A stretch of DNA of 64,000 nucleotides from Actinomycetes bacterium (GTDB lineage Bacteria; Actinomycetota; Actinomycetes; Nanopelagicales; Nanopelagicaceae), in assembly GCA_014190155.1 (NCBI GenBank), contig BJFY01000004.1:51569-115568 (forward strand), written 5' to 3'. Below, one piece after another: positions 39,961-49,366 of this stretch. Under the pieces are notes generated by a model. It saw only the letters and a list, made by a program, of their open reading frames with translations, was not told the DNA's origin and searched no databases. Position numbers and translations under genes: made by a program. The stretch's first letter is position 1. Every line of letters begins with the position of its first letter.

Positions 39961-41445
39961 TTAGGTATTTTGTGGGAAACCTAAGTTAATACCGCCATGG
40001 CTTGGATCTAACCAACGACTTGTAATTACTTTTCCACGAGTAAAGAAGTGAACTCCTTCGGTACCGTGCGCATGCGAATCTCCAAATAAAGAATTCTTCC
40101 AACCGCCAAATGAGAAGTAAGCCATTGGAACTGGAATTGGAACGTTAATTCCGACCATGCCAACTTCAACTTCGTTTTGATATCTACGAGCAGCGCCACC
40201 ATCATTAGTAAAAATTGCAGTGCCATTTCCGTATTGATGATCGTTAACTAACTTCAATGCTTGTTCATAACTCTTAACTCGAATGATGCTTAACACCGGT
40301 CCAAATATTTCTTCCTGATAGATAGACATCTCGGTGGTGATGTTGTCGAACAGAGTTGGTCCGAGCCAGAAACCTTCGCCATCAACCTTTACATTTCGGC
40401 CATCAACAACCAAGGTTGCGCCTTCTTTTTCACCAGCTGTTACATATGAAGCAACTTTGTCGCGGTGAACTTTAGTAACAAGTGGGCCCATATCGGCGCC
40501 TTGTGTACCGTCGCCAGTCTTGATTTTCGCCATTCTTTCTTTGATTTTCTCGATTAAAGCATCGGCAACTGGTTCTACCGCTACGACCACAGAAATCGCC
40601 ATGCAACGTTCGCCAGCTGAACCGAAGCCAGCATTAATTGCGGCATCTGCTGTCAGATTCAAATCAGCATCTGGGAGAACTACCATGTGATTCTTTGCGC
40701 CGCCAAGTGCTTGGACGCGCTTACCAGATTTAGTTCCAGTTTCATAAACATATTTAGCAATCGGTGTTGAACCAACAAATGAAACAGATTTGATGCCAGG
40801 GTGTGTAAGTAGCGCATCGACAGCTTCTTTATCGCCATGAACGACGTTAAATACACCATCTGGTAATCCGGCTGCTTTCAAAAGCTCGGCCACATACATA
40901 ATCGCACTTGGATCTTTTTCGGAAGGTTTAACAATCACAGTGTTTCCGCACGCGATGGCGATTGGGAAGAACCACATTGGGACCATTGCTGGAAAATTAA
41001 ATGGCGAGATGATTGCGACTGGACCAAGCGGTTGGCGAATTGAATAAACATCCACACCAGTAGAAACTTCTTCAGAGAATCCGCCTTTGAGTAAATGTGG
41101 GATGCCACAAGCAAATTCCACAACTTCTAAGCCTCGGGTTACTTCGCCAAGCGCATCGCTCAATACTTTTCCATGTTCGGCAGTGATTAACGCGGCAATC
41201 TTCTCTTTATTAGCATTTACTAGTTCGCGAAATGCAAAGAGCACTTGGGTGCGTTTTGTTAGTGAACTATGACGCCACTCATTAAAAGCTTTAGCGGCAA
41301 CACCAACAGCCATATCTACCGTCGCTGTACTTGCAAAATTTACGCTGCCAGAAATTTTTCCAGTCGCGGGATTAAATACGTCACTGCTTCTCTCAGATTT
41401 TTCATTTGTAACTGCGCCATTAATCCAATGCGAAATAGTTTTCAT
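39961..41445 (-). CDS. mmsA: CoA-acylating (methyl)malonate-semialdehyde dehydrogenase
   Basis: ALDH fold with FNFPAMVPMWFFP and catalytic GSAGERCMA, characteristic of MmsA/IolA. ATG 41445 (MKTISHWINGA) is preferred over GTG 41475. Confidence 0.85.
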   Translation of the reverse strand: MKTISHWINGAVTNEKSERSSDVFNPATGKISGSVNFASTATVDMAVGVAAKAFNEWRHSSLTKRTQVLFAFRELVNANKEKIAALITAEHGKVLSDALGEVTRGLEVVEFACGIPHLLKGGFSEEVSTGVDVYSIRQPLGPVAIISPFNFPAMVPMWFFPIAIACGNTVIVKPSEKDPSAIMYVAELLKAAGLPDGVFNVVHGDKEAVDALLTHPGIKSVSFVGSTPIAKYVYETGTKSGKRVQALGGAKNHMVVLPDADLNLTADAAINAGFGSAGERCMAISVVVAVEPVADALIEKIKERMAKIKTGDGTQGADMGPLVTKVHRDKVASYVTAGEKEGATLVVDGRNVKVDGEGFWLGPTLFDNITTEMSIYQEEIFGPVLSIIRVKSYEQALKLVNDHQYGNGTAIFTNDGGAARRYQNEVEVGMVGINVPIPVPMAYFSFGGWKNSLFGDSHAHGTEGVHFFTRGKVITSRWLDPSHGGINLGFPQNT

Positions 41446-41554
41446 ATGCCCACAATACTTGAGGTTTGGCTCCACCCATTACCGCTTCATCTACCAAATA
41501 GGTCACAAAAGTGCTTAAATTGGCGCATAATTTAGAGAAAACAAAGGGAGCACC

Positions 41555-42892
41555 GTGAACACCCCAGAAAATAATCCAGATAAAGCCGCGAAAGTATTTG
41601 CTGACGACCGAGCATATGTTTTCCATTCCTGGTCAGCGCAAGCCCAAATCAATCCAATGGCAATTGCAAGTGGTGCTGGTTCTTACTTCTGGGATTTCAC
41701 AGGCAAGAAATATCTAGACTTTTCCTGTCAATTAGTTTTTACAAACATTGGCCACCAACATCCAAAAGTTATTGCTGCCATTAAAAAGCAAGCTGACATT
41801 CTCGCAACTATTGCGCCACAGCATGCAAACGAAGCTCGTAATGAAGCTGCCAAGCAGATCTTAGAATTAGCCGGCGATAAGTTTAAGAAAGTTTTCTTCA
41901 CTAATGCTGGCGCTGATGGAATTGAAAATGCCATTCGAATGGCAAGACTGCATACAAATAAACATAAAATACTTTCAACTTATCGGTCTTATCACGGCAA
42001 TACCGGATCGGCTATTAATGCAACTGGTGATCCACGTCGGTTCCCAAATGAATTTGGTTACGGGCATGTTCACTTCTGGGGACCTTACCTATATCGGACG
42101 GCATTCTGGGCAACTAATGAAGTGGAAGAATCTCAACGTGCTCTAGAACATTTAGAGCAAACTATTATTTTTGAAGGTCCAAACACAATTGCCGCAATAT
42201 TAATCGAGAGCGTTCCAGGAACTGCTGGAGTTCTTATGCCACCTGCTGGTTATTTAGATGGGCTACGTGCGCTCTGTGATAAATATGGAATTCTCTGGAT
42301 TGCCGATGAAGTTATGTCAGGTTTTGGCAGAACTGGAAAATGGTTTGGGTTCGAACACTCAAAATCAATTCCAGATTTAATTGTTTTTGCTAAAGGTGTT
42401 ACATCAGGTTACCTCCCGCTTGGTGGCGTGATAATTTCTGATCCAGTAGTAAAAACTTTTAATGAGCGAGTTTTCCCAGGTGGCCTTACTTACTCTGGCC
42501 ACCCATTAGCTTGCGCCACCGCGGTAGCCACTATTGCTGCGATGAAGAGCGAGAAAATGGTGGAAAACGCAGCATTTATTGGCGAAAAGATTCTTGGCCC
42601 AGGCTTACATGAACTAGCGAAGAAGCATGCAGTCATTGGCGATATTCGTGGCGCTGGAGTTTTCTGGGGAATGGACATGGTTGCCGATCGCAATACTCGT
42701 GAACCGCTTGCGCCTTATGGAGCCTCTAGTCCAAAAATGAATGAGATTGTTGCAACTTGTAAAAAGAATGGTTTGATGCCATTTAATAACTTCAATCGAA
42801 TTCACATGGTGCCACCGTGCAACATTTCAGAGAGCGACGCGAAGTTGGGAATCGAACTTCTCTCCAAATCACTCACAGAACTTGGGTTATAG
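41555..42892 (+). CDS. Class-III omega-amino acid (beta-alanine/pyruvate-type) aminotransferase
   Basis: FTNAGADGIENA, DEVMSGFGRTG, PLP-Lys context FAKGVTSGYLPLGG. GTG start preceded by AAGGGAG. Confidence 0.85.
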   Translation: MNTPENNPDKAAKVFADDRAYVFHSWSAQAQINPMAIASGAGSYFWDFTGKKYLDFSCQLVFTNIGHQHPKVIAAIKKQADILATIAPQHANEARNEAAKQILELAGDKFKKVFFTNAGADGIENAIRMARLHTNKHKILSTYRSYHGNTGSAINATGDPRRFPNEFGYGHVHFWGPYLYRTAFWATNEVEESQRALEHLEQTIIFEGPNTIAAILIESVPGTAGVLMPPAGYLDGLRALCDKYGILWIADEVMSGFGRTGKWFGFEHSKSIPDLIVFAKGVTSGYLPLGGVIISDPVVKTFNERVFPGGLTYSGHPLACATAVATIAAMKSEKMVENAAFIGEKILGPGLHELAKKHAVIGDIRGAGVFWGMDMVADRNTREPLAPYGASSPKMNEIVATCKKNGLMPFNNFNRIHMVPPCNISESDAKLGIELLSKSLTELGL

Positions 42893-42895
42893 AAT
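42890..42895 (+). promoter_or_regulatory. Candidate -10 box TAGAAT, 8 nt upstream of ATG 42904
   Basis: TAGAATttaacctaATG. The hexamer overlaps the TAG stop of the aminotransferase gene. No SD. Confidence 0.3.
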
Positions 42896-42903
42896 TTAAC
42901 CTA

Positions 42904-43827
42904 ATGACTTCTTTAATATCTGCGCGCTCTCTTACAAAAACTTATGGCGATTTTGTTGCTGTCGACCAGATAAATTTTGAAGTTTTAAAAGGAGAATCAT
43001 TCGGATTACTAGGTCCTAATGGCGCAGGTAAATCAACCATCATGCGAATGATTGGCGCTACCCTCCAACGTTCATCTGGCGAACTTGCTGTTCTTGGGAA
43101 GGATCCAGAAAAGTTTGGACCGCAAATTCGAGCACACCTTGGAGTGGTACCGCAACAAGATAATCTAGATAGCGAACTTACAGTCCGAGAAAATTTATAT
43201 ATTTATGGCCGTTATTTTGGGCTCTCTAAAAAATTCTTAACTCCAAAAATTCAAGAGTTGCTTGAGTTTGCCCAACTTGAAGAGAAGCGCGATGTAAAAG
43301 TTGAAGCGCTAAGCGGCGGCATGAAGCGACGTTTAACAATTGCACGTGCGCTAGTTAGTGAGCCTGAAATTCTTATGCTCGATGAACCGACGACCGGCCT
43401 AGACCCACAAGCGCGCCATATTCTTTGGGATCGATTATTTAGGCTAAAAGAGTTGGGCGTAACGCTCTTACTAACTACTCATTTCATGGATGAAGCTGAA
43501 CAGCTTTGCCAGCGATTAATCGTGATGGATAAGGGCAAAATTATGGCTGAAGATAGCCCTGCTGAGTTAATCCGAAAGTATGTAACTAAAGAGGTGTTGG
43601 AACTTCGCTTTGGTTCCGATAAGAATTCACAATTCGTGGATCAGCTACGGCAAAAATGTGATCGGATCGAGCAACTCCCAGATCGAATTCTGCTTTATAC
43701 AAATGACGGTGAAACTCTACTAACGGAAATTGTTGGTTCTGGGCTACATCCAATAACTTCATTAGTACGACGATCTTCACTAGAAGATGTATTCCTAAGA
43801 CTTACTGGCCGAAGCTTGATTGAATAA
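42904..43827 (+). CDS. ABC transporter ATP-binding protein (DrrA/NodI-like)
   Basis: Walker A GPNGAGKST, signature LSGGMKRRLTIARAL, Walker B ILMLDEPT. The track ORF start at 42817 lies inside the upstream gene. Confidence 0.9.
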   Translation: MTSLISARSLTKTYGDFVAVDQINFEVLKGESFGLLGPNGAGKSTIMRMIGATLQRSSGELAVLGKDPEKFGPQIRAHLGVVPQQDNLDSELTVRENLYIYGRYFGLSKKFLTPKIQELLEFAQLEEKRDVKVEALSGGMKRRLTIARALVSEPEILMLDEPTTGLDPQARHILWDRLFRLKELGVTLLLTTHFMDEAEQLCQRLIVMDKGKIMAEDSPAELIRKYVTKEVLELRFGSDKNSQFVDQLRQKCDRIEQLPDRILLYTNDGETLLTEIVGSGLHPITSLVRRSSLEDVFLRLTGRSLIE

Positions 43828-43828
43828 A

Positions 43829-44641
43829 ATGAAAGTAAAAGAAGCACAGCGTGAGGTTTCAAGATTTGGTGCGCTTTATATCGTAGAAGCTAGATTTAGA
43901 AATATGTTTAAATGGCGTTCGGCAATTATTACCACAGCTATCTTAAATCCAGTTTTATATCTGCTCTCAGTTGGTGTTGGTATTGGTTCGCTCGTTGATG
44001 CAAAACAAGGTGCAGGCGGCGTAGATGGCGTTCAATACTTAACTTTCTTAGCGCCAGCACTTCTAGCCAGCGCAGCGATCCAAGGTGCTATCGATGAAGT
44101 TACTTTTCCGACGCTCCAAGGTTTTAAATGGGCCAAAAATTTCTTTGCTATGAATTCAACTCCAATTACCGGAAACCAAATTGCGCTCGGTGTCTACATC
44201 GCAGCCTTAGGTAGAACTTTTCTTACAGTTGTAATTTACTGGTTGATACTTTTAATTGCGGGTGCTTTACCTACCGGAACTGCATGGCTTGCAATGTTTG
44301 TTGCAATGTTGGCTGGTGGCGCTTTCGGATCGATCATGCTCTATTTGACTTCAAAAGTTGAAAAAGAAGATTTCTTTCTGACCGCAATTGGTCGACTAAT
44401 AATTATGCCGCTCTTCTTATTCTCTGGAACTTTCTACCCGCTTTCTTCGATGCCCCTTATTTTGCAGCCAATTGGCTGGATTTCACCGCTCTGGCACGCT
44501 ACCGAATTAGGTCGTTATTTAACTTATGGCCATTCGATAAGCGGGTTAATGATCGGAGTGCATTTTATATTTCTTACTTCATTGCTAGCGCTCGGTTTGA
44601 AGTTAGCATTCCGTAATTTCACAAAGCGGTTAAGTAAATGA
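43829..44641 (+). CDS. ABC-2 type transporter permease (DrrB/NodJ-like)
   Basis: Six hydrophobic segments. ATG 43829 is 1 nt after the ATPase stop. The track lists TTG 43820. Confidence 0.8.
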   Translation: MKVKEAQREVSRFGALYIVEARFRNMFKWRSAIITTAILNPVLYLLSVGVGIGSLVDAKQGAGGVDGVQYLTFLAPALLASAAIQGAIDEVTFPTLQGFKWAKNFFAMNSTPITGNQIALGVYIAALGRTFLTVVIYWLILLIAGALPTGTAWLAMFVAMLAGGAFGSIMLYLTSKVEKEDFFLTAIGRLIIMPLFLFSGTFYPLSSMPLILQPIGWISPLWHATELGRYLTYGHSISGLMIGVHFIFLTSLLALGLKLAFRNFTKRLSK

Positions 44642-45468
44642 TCGCTAAAGGAGCCGTCGCTATCGCTGAAGGGAGAATCGGAAAACCATTAGAAAAATAT
44701 TATGCGGGTAGAACTCGAGCACCACTACAGCGAAGTTTTATTGCGTTCAAATCTTCGGCTTGGTTGGTTGTGCTTTCAGGTTTTGTCGAACCAGTTCTTT
44801 ATCTTTTCTCCTTTGGTTTTGGTGTCGGTGCACTAATCGGCGGCATAACTGCAGCGGATGGTTCTACGATTTCATACGCGGCCTACATTGCGCCAGGATT
44901 GCTAGCAACCAGTGCGATGAACGGCGCAATCTACGATTCAACTTGGAACGTATTTTGGAAAATAAACGAGAGCAAGTTGTATCAGGGAATGCTCGCAACT
45001 TCACTTGGGCCATTAGATGTAGCGCTGGGTGAAATCGCGTGGGCGCTACTTCGCGGCCTGATGTACGCAATTGGTTTCATGATTGTCGTAACGCCACTTG
45101 GATTAATTGAAAATTGGTGGGGACTTCTTGCAATTCCAGCCGCAGTATTAATTGCGTTTGGTTTTGCTTCATTTGGCATGGCGGCTACTTCTTATATGAA
45201 ATCTTTCCAGCAAATGAACTATATAAATATGTTTATGCTGCCAATGTTTCTTTTCTCTGGATCTTTCTTCCCGCTTACAGTTTATCCGGAGATTGTGCAA
45301 TGGTTTATTAAAATATTACCGTTGTGGCATGGAATCTCACTAATTAGAGGTTTAACACTTGGCCAAATCGATAGCTCTATTTTGGGCCATGTTCTCTACT
45401 TTATTGTGATGATTGCACTTGGACTCTGGTTCACAACTAAGCGATTAAATGCGCTCTTTTTAAGGTAA
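44638..45468 (+). CDS. ABC-2 type transporter permease (second subunit, DrrC-like)
   Basis: Paralogous layout to the previous permease, with a 4-nt ATGA overlap. Confidence 0.8.
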   Translation: MIAKGAVAIAEGRIGKPLEKYYAGRTRAPLQRSFIAFKSSAWLVVLSGFVEPVLYLFSFGFGVGALIGGITAADGSTISYAAYIAPGLLATSAMNGAIYDSTWNVFWKINESKLYQGMLATSLGPLDVALGEIAWALLRGLMYAIGFMIVVTPLGLIENWWGLLAIPAAVLIAFGFASFGMAATSYMKSFQQMNYINMFMLPMFLFSGSFFPLTVYPEIVQWFIKILPLWHGISLIRGLTLGQIDSSILGHVLYFIVMIALGLWFTTKRLNALFLR

Positions 45469-45515
45469 TTCCAGCTCTATCCATTTATTTTTTCACCTGT
45501 TAACATAAAACAATT

Positions 45516-46445
45516 ATGAGTACATATGAAATTGAACGACTTCAATTAATTAGAGCCAACAAAGGTAAGCAACGGTTAGATTATTTAAGCGATCGAGGTC
45601 GGCTAATTCATGGCCCTACCCCACCTGGTGGTTCCGTTCCTTCGCCACGCGAAAGTGATTTAACGCCGGCAGAAGTAGAAGAAGTTGTCGAATTGATTGC
45701 AAATGGCAGAAAAACTAGAACTCCGGTAGTTATGCCAGAGCGATTGCGGGCACGATCTTGGAAATCTATGGAAGAAGTTATTTTGAAGCTGGAGTATGCG
45801 CTCGGATGGGAAGGCGCCGGTTGGAAAGTTGGTGCCGCAAGTTTAGATGTTCGTAAAGCTGAAAATATTCCTAGCCCATCTCCTGGTCGATTATTTACAA
45901 GATCAATTATGAAAAGTCCTGCGGAGGTGCCATCTGAGTTTTTTGTCAATTACCGCTTATGCGAATGTGAGTTTGCATTTCAACTTGGTCAGGATTTTCC
46001 GGTACGTGAGAAACCATATAGCGAAGCTGATTTGCGAGCGGGTATTGAGTTCTTAGCGCCAGTGATTGAAATAGGTGATTCGGTATTTGAAGATTGGTAT
46101 AGCGTCAGTGGATATTTTGGCGGTATGTACGACAATGCCGGCGGCGCCGCTTTTGTAGTTGGTAATAAAGTAAAAGATTGGCAAGAGATTGATTTACCGA
46201 AAGCAAATATAGATCTCTACGTAAATGGTTCTTACATTAAATCTGGTCAAGGATTTCAAGCTATGGGACATCCGGTAACTAGCCTGACTTGGATGATTAA
46301 TTGGGTTCGAGAACGTGGCAAAGGCGTATTTGCTGGTGAATATGTGAGCACCGGAACATGTACTGGACATTGCTTTGTGCAGCCAGGTGATTTAGTAAGC
46401 GTAGATTTTGGTGATTTGGGCTTAGTTGAGGCGAAGTTTGTCTAA
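45516..46445 (+). CDS. FAH-superfamily hydratase/decarboxylase (MhpD-like) with ~90-aa N-terminal extension
   Basis: GWKVGAAS motif and C-terminal TGTCTGHCFVQPGDLVSVDFGDLGLVEAKF, resembling 2-keto-4-pentenoate hydratase-type enzymes. The assignment is family-level only. Confidence 0.6.
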   Translation: MSTYEIERLQLIRANKGKQRLDYLSDRGRLIHGPTPPGGSVPSPRESDLTPAEVEEVVELIANGRKTRTPVVMPERLRARSWKSMEEVILKLEYALGWEGAGWKVGAASLDVRKAENIPSPSPGRLFTRSIMKSPAEVPSEFFVNYRLCECEFAFQLGQDFPVREKPYSEADLRAGIEFLAPVIEIGDSVFEDWYSVSGYFGGMYDNAGGAAFVVGNKVKDWQEIDLPKANIDLYVNGSYIKSGQGFQAMGHPVTSLTWMINWVRERGKGVFAGEYVSTGTCTGHCFVQPGDLVSVDFGDLGLVEAKFV

Positions 46446-47472
46446 CGCAACAACAACTTATTCAGCAGCGACTTTGGTAGAAATTGGTACCAAAGTTATT
46501 TGCGGAATGGGCGCCCCTCTTGAATTAGCGAACGCAGTTTCTAAATCACTTGTGCTCTCTAATCTAGTTGGACACGACTCGCACGGAATCATTAGGTTGA
46601 TGGAGTATTCCGGTTGGGTCGAATCCGGAAATTTAATTCCGAACGCGTACCCAAAAGTAGAATGGAGGAAAGAAGCCACATCCCTAATTGATGGTGGTTG
46701 GGGTTGGGGGCAGAGCGCTTCTTACCTTGCAACTGAAACTGTTATTGCGTCGGCACGAAAATATGGAACCGCTACGGTTGTCTTAAGTAGAACAAATCAT
46801 GTAGGCCGGTTGGGTGAATATGTAGATTTAATTTCGCAAGCCGGAATGATGGGAATTGCGTTTTGTAATACTGGTGGGCCGATTGTTGCACCATTTGGTG
46901 GTGTGAAACGAGTTCTCGGGACCAACCCATATGCATGGTCGATACCTGGTGCTGATAATTACAATTATGTTTTAGATTTTTCAACCGCGGTTGTTGCAGC
47001 TGGAAAAATTATTCTCGCCGGGATGAGCGGTGAAAGTATTGAGCCTGGATCGCTAATAGATAAGAATGGTCAGCCAACAACTAACGCAGCAGATTTGGCA
47101 GATGGTGGATCGCTCTTAGCGTTCGGTGGTCATAAGGGTTCCGGGCTTTCAGTCCTCATCGATTTAGTGGCCGGAATTCTCTCGGGAAATATGCCTGCCG
47201 CTATTTCAGATAGTGGTTTTGGAAATGGCACCATATTCATGGCGATAGATATATCGCGTTATGCCACTCCTGAACTTTTTAGATCGGTCGCTTCTAAATT
47301 TGAGGCCATCATGCATAACGCCGGGGAGCCTGATCGGGTGCTCTTGCCTGGCGAATTCGAATATAAAACAAAGCTGGATAGGGAGGTTGCTGGAATTTCG
47401 GTTAGCTCTGGGGTCCGCGAAAATATCCTCGAAATTGCCGAAAAGTATGGAGTTGAGACCCGCTCAATTTGA
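46426..47472 (+). CDS. Ldh2-family (malate/L-lactate/sulfolactate/ureidoglycolate-type) dehydrogenase
   Basis: GHDSHGI, SRTNHVGRLG, LGTNP and GGHKGSGLS motifs. The start codon is uncertain (TTG 46426 or a downstream TTG). Confidence 0.8.
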   Translation: MRRSLSNATTTYSAATLVEIGTKVICGMGAPLELANAVSKSLVLSNLVGHDSHGIIRLMEYSGWVESGNLIPNAYPKVEWRKEATSLIDGGWGWGQSASYLATETVIASARKYGTATVVLSRTNHVGRLGEYVDLISQAGMMGIAFCNTGGPIVAPFGGVKRVLGTNPYAWSIPGADNYNYVLDFSTAVVAAGKIILAGMSGESIEPGSLIDKNGQPTTNAADLADGGSLLAFGGHKGSGLSVLIDLVAGILSGNMPAAISDSGFGNGTIFMAIDISRYATPELFRSVASKFEAIMHNAGEPDRVLLPGEFEYKTKLDREVAGISVSSGVRENILEIAEKYGVETRSI

Positions 47473-47589
47473 GAAAAATTTCCAGAAAATAACCCCGCAA
47501 GTCTCTTGATTCTAGGCGAGTGCTTGCCCTAGCCTTCTGTAAACCGTTAACCATTAACCAGGGCGGTCTTACCCTAGGAAAGGCAGTAA

Positions 47590-49200
47590 ATGTTAATAAA
47601 TCGCAAAAATAAAATGATTGCGATTGGAGCAACCCTCGCTCTTGCCCTTACCGGCTTCGTAGGAATCCAATCTGCAAACGCTGCAAAAGGCGTAAATTGT
47701 AATTTAAAATCAACACCAAAAAATGCCCAGTGTGATTCGGTCACCTACGGCGCGCTGCACCGGGTGGGCTCCTTAGACGCGGTTGTTCCAGTCGGTGGGT
47801 ACACCGAAAGTCAGATGTCTTACATCGTACAAGGAATGCTTTATCGCTTTAATGCTGCTGGATTCCCAGCACGCGATCTCGTCGTCACTGAAACTATCTC
47901 TAGTGATTTCCTAACAATTACCCAGACCATTAGAACAATTAAATATTCAGATGGCACTCCACTTGTGGCTGGTGACGTCGTGAATTCGTTCACACGTTGG
48001 GTAAATTCAAAGTCATCTGCTTCATATATTGCAAAAGTTGAAAAGGTCGTAGCAAAAGATGATCGCACTTTGGTATGGACGCTTAAGTCGCCATATGTTG
48101 ATTTTCATTTTGCGTTGGCACAACAATTTTTAGGAATTCATCCAGCTGATAAAACAGACACTGTTGCTAAGGCTGCTGCTTACTTCAAGAACCCAGTAAG
48201 TGCTGGACCAATGATGGTCAAGACATTTACCCCAGGTACTGATTTATTCGTAGCTGTAGCAAACCCAAATTACTGGGCAAAGCCAGTAACTAAGGAAATT
48301 CGTGTTGTAACTATCCCTGATGCAAACACTCGCTTAGCAGCTTTCCAAGCTGGCACAGTCGACTATGTGATGGAACTTCCATTATCTGCAGCTAAATCAA
48401 AGTGGGACAAGACTAAGGTTAAAGTTGGCGCTGCGTTTGACTCCGGAACATTCATGATCGCATTTAATATGGGTGCTACTCAGAAAAACCCAGCCCTTAA
48501 GGACGCTCGAGTTCGCCAAGCAATCTCGCTTGCAATTGATCGAGCAGCGATTATGCGCGTAGCGTTTGGTGGATTATCTAAACCAAACTGCGGAATGCAG
48601 TTCAATAGAAATAATCCATACTATCTCTGCTCTGTCCCTAAAGAGGGAGCTAGAGATACTGCTGCTGCACGTAAGTTGCTAAAAGAAGCTGGTTATGCAA
48701 ATGGATTTAAACTTTATCTCCATGTGCCAAACCGTGTGCTTTGGCAGGATGCAGTTTCAATTATCAAAGCTAACCTAGCTATTGTTGGTATCGATGTAAC
48801 AATAGATATGGTCACGCCCGATACAGCTATTAGCCCAATAATTACGGCTAAAAGTTGGGACGCGATGTGGTTCGGCAATAACGCCGCTACCCCAATTCTG
48901 CAACTAAGTAACTGGTTCTACCCAGGTGGTGTATGGGCAAACAACGCAAACATCGCGGATGCAACTCTTGCTGATACCAAGAAGTTACTCGATGAAGCAG
49001 GTGCATCAACTAGCGCAGTTGTAATTAAAGAAAAACTAACGGCAGTTGAAAAAATCGCTTGGGAGCTTTCAGCTTTCATCCCGATTGGCACTCGCTTTTA
49101 TGTGTCTGGTACTAATTACGCTCAAGGGCTAGTACAAGCACTTATGCCAGGTCAGTTGCAATTTGTTGTTACAACTTATCCTGAATTGCCATTGGATTAA
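47590..49200 (+). CDS. Family-5 (peptide/nickel/opine-type) ABC substrate-binding protein
   Basis: 536 aa. Signal peptide ending SANA-AKG without a lipobox. Followed by DppBCDF-type genes. SD AGGAAAGG. Confidence 0.85.
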   Translation: MLINRKNKMIAIGATLALALTGFVGIQSANAAKGVNCNLKSTPKNAQCDSVTYGALHRVGSLDAVVPVGGYTESQMSYIVQGMLYRFNAAGFPARDLVVTETISSDFLTITQTIRTIKYSDGTPLVAGDVVNSFTRWVNSKSSASYIAKVEKVVAKDDRTLVWTLKSPYVDFHFALAQQFLGIHPADKTDTVAKAAAYFKNPVSAGPMMVKTFTPGTDLFVAVANPNYWAKPVTKEIRVVTIPDANTRLAAFQAGTVDYVMELPLSAAKSKWDKTKVKVGAAFDSGTFMIAFNMGATQKNPALKDARVRQAISLAIDRAAIMRVAFGGLSKPNCGMQFNRNNPYYLCSVPKEGARDTAAARKLLKEAGYANGFKLYLHVPNRVLWQDAVSIIKANLAIVGIDVTIDMVTPDTAISPIITAKSWDAMWFGNNAATPILQLSNWFYPGGVWANNANIADATLADTKKLLDEAGASTSAVVIKEKLTAVEKIAWELSAFIPIGTRFYVSGTNYAQGLVQALMPGQLQFVVTTYPELPLD

Positions 49201-49273
49201 TTTTCTCACTGAAAATTTTTCTGATACCGAGGGCTAGCTAGGAGCAAGAGCTTTTAGCTAGATTGTATGGAGA

Positions 49274-49313
49274 GTTAACAAGGTAAAAGCGAAATTACCT
49301 TGTTAACTTTTCT
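49274..49313 (+). terminator. Rho-independent terminator between the binding-protein and permease genes
   Basis: GTTAACAAGGTAA (49274..49286), 8-nt loop, TTACCTTGTTAAC (49295..49307), then TTTTCT. Confidence 0.6.
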
Positions 49314-49366
49314 AATTACTAAGACTCTTTTTTGCACTAGATATAATCAATAGATAAGGAAAGGAA

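Noticed and set aside
42817-42903. N-terminal extensions of track ORFs: 42817 for the ABC ATPase, 33972 for the MFS gene, 12329 for murQ, 21247 for panC, 26177 for hpt, 41475 for mmsA.
   Set aside because: The extensions overlap upstream genes or lack an SD. Internal ATG/GTG codons with an SD or with family-typical N-termini fit better. The exact starts remain unverified.
47473-47589. Possible riboswitch or operator upstream of the Dpp-type SBP gene. The elements are the hairpin CTAGGC...GCCCTAG and the direct repeat TTAACCaTTAACC.
   Set aside because: These are short, imperfect elements. They resemble no riboswitch class I know and cannot be distinguished from chance without comparative data.
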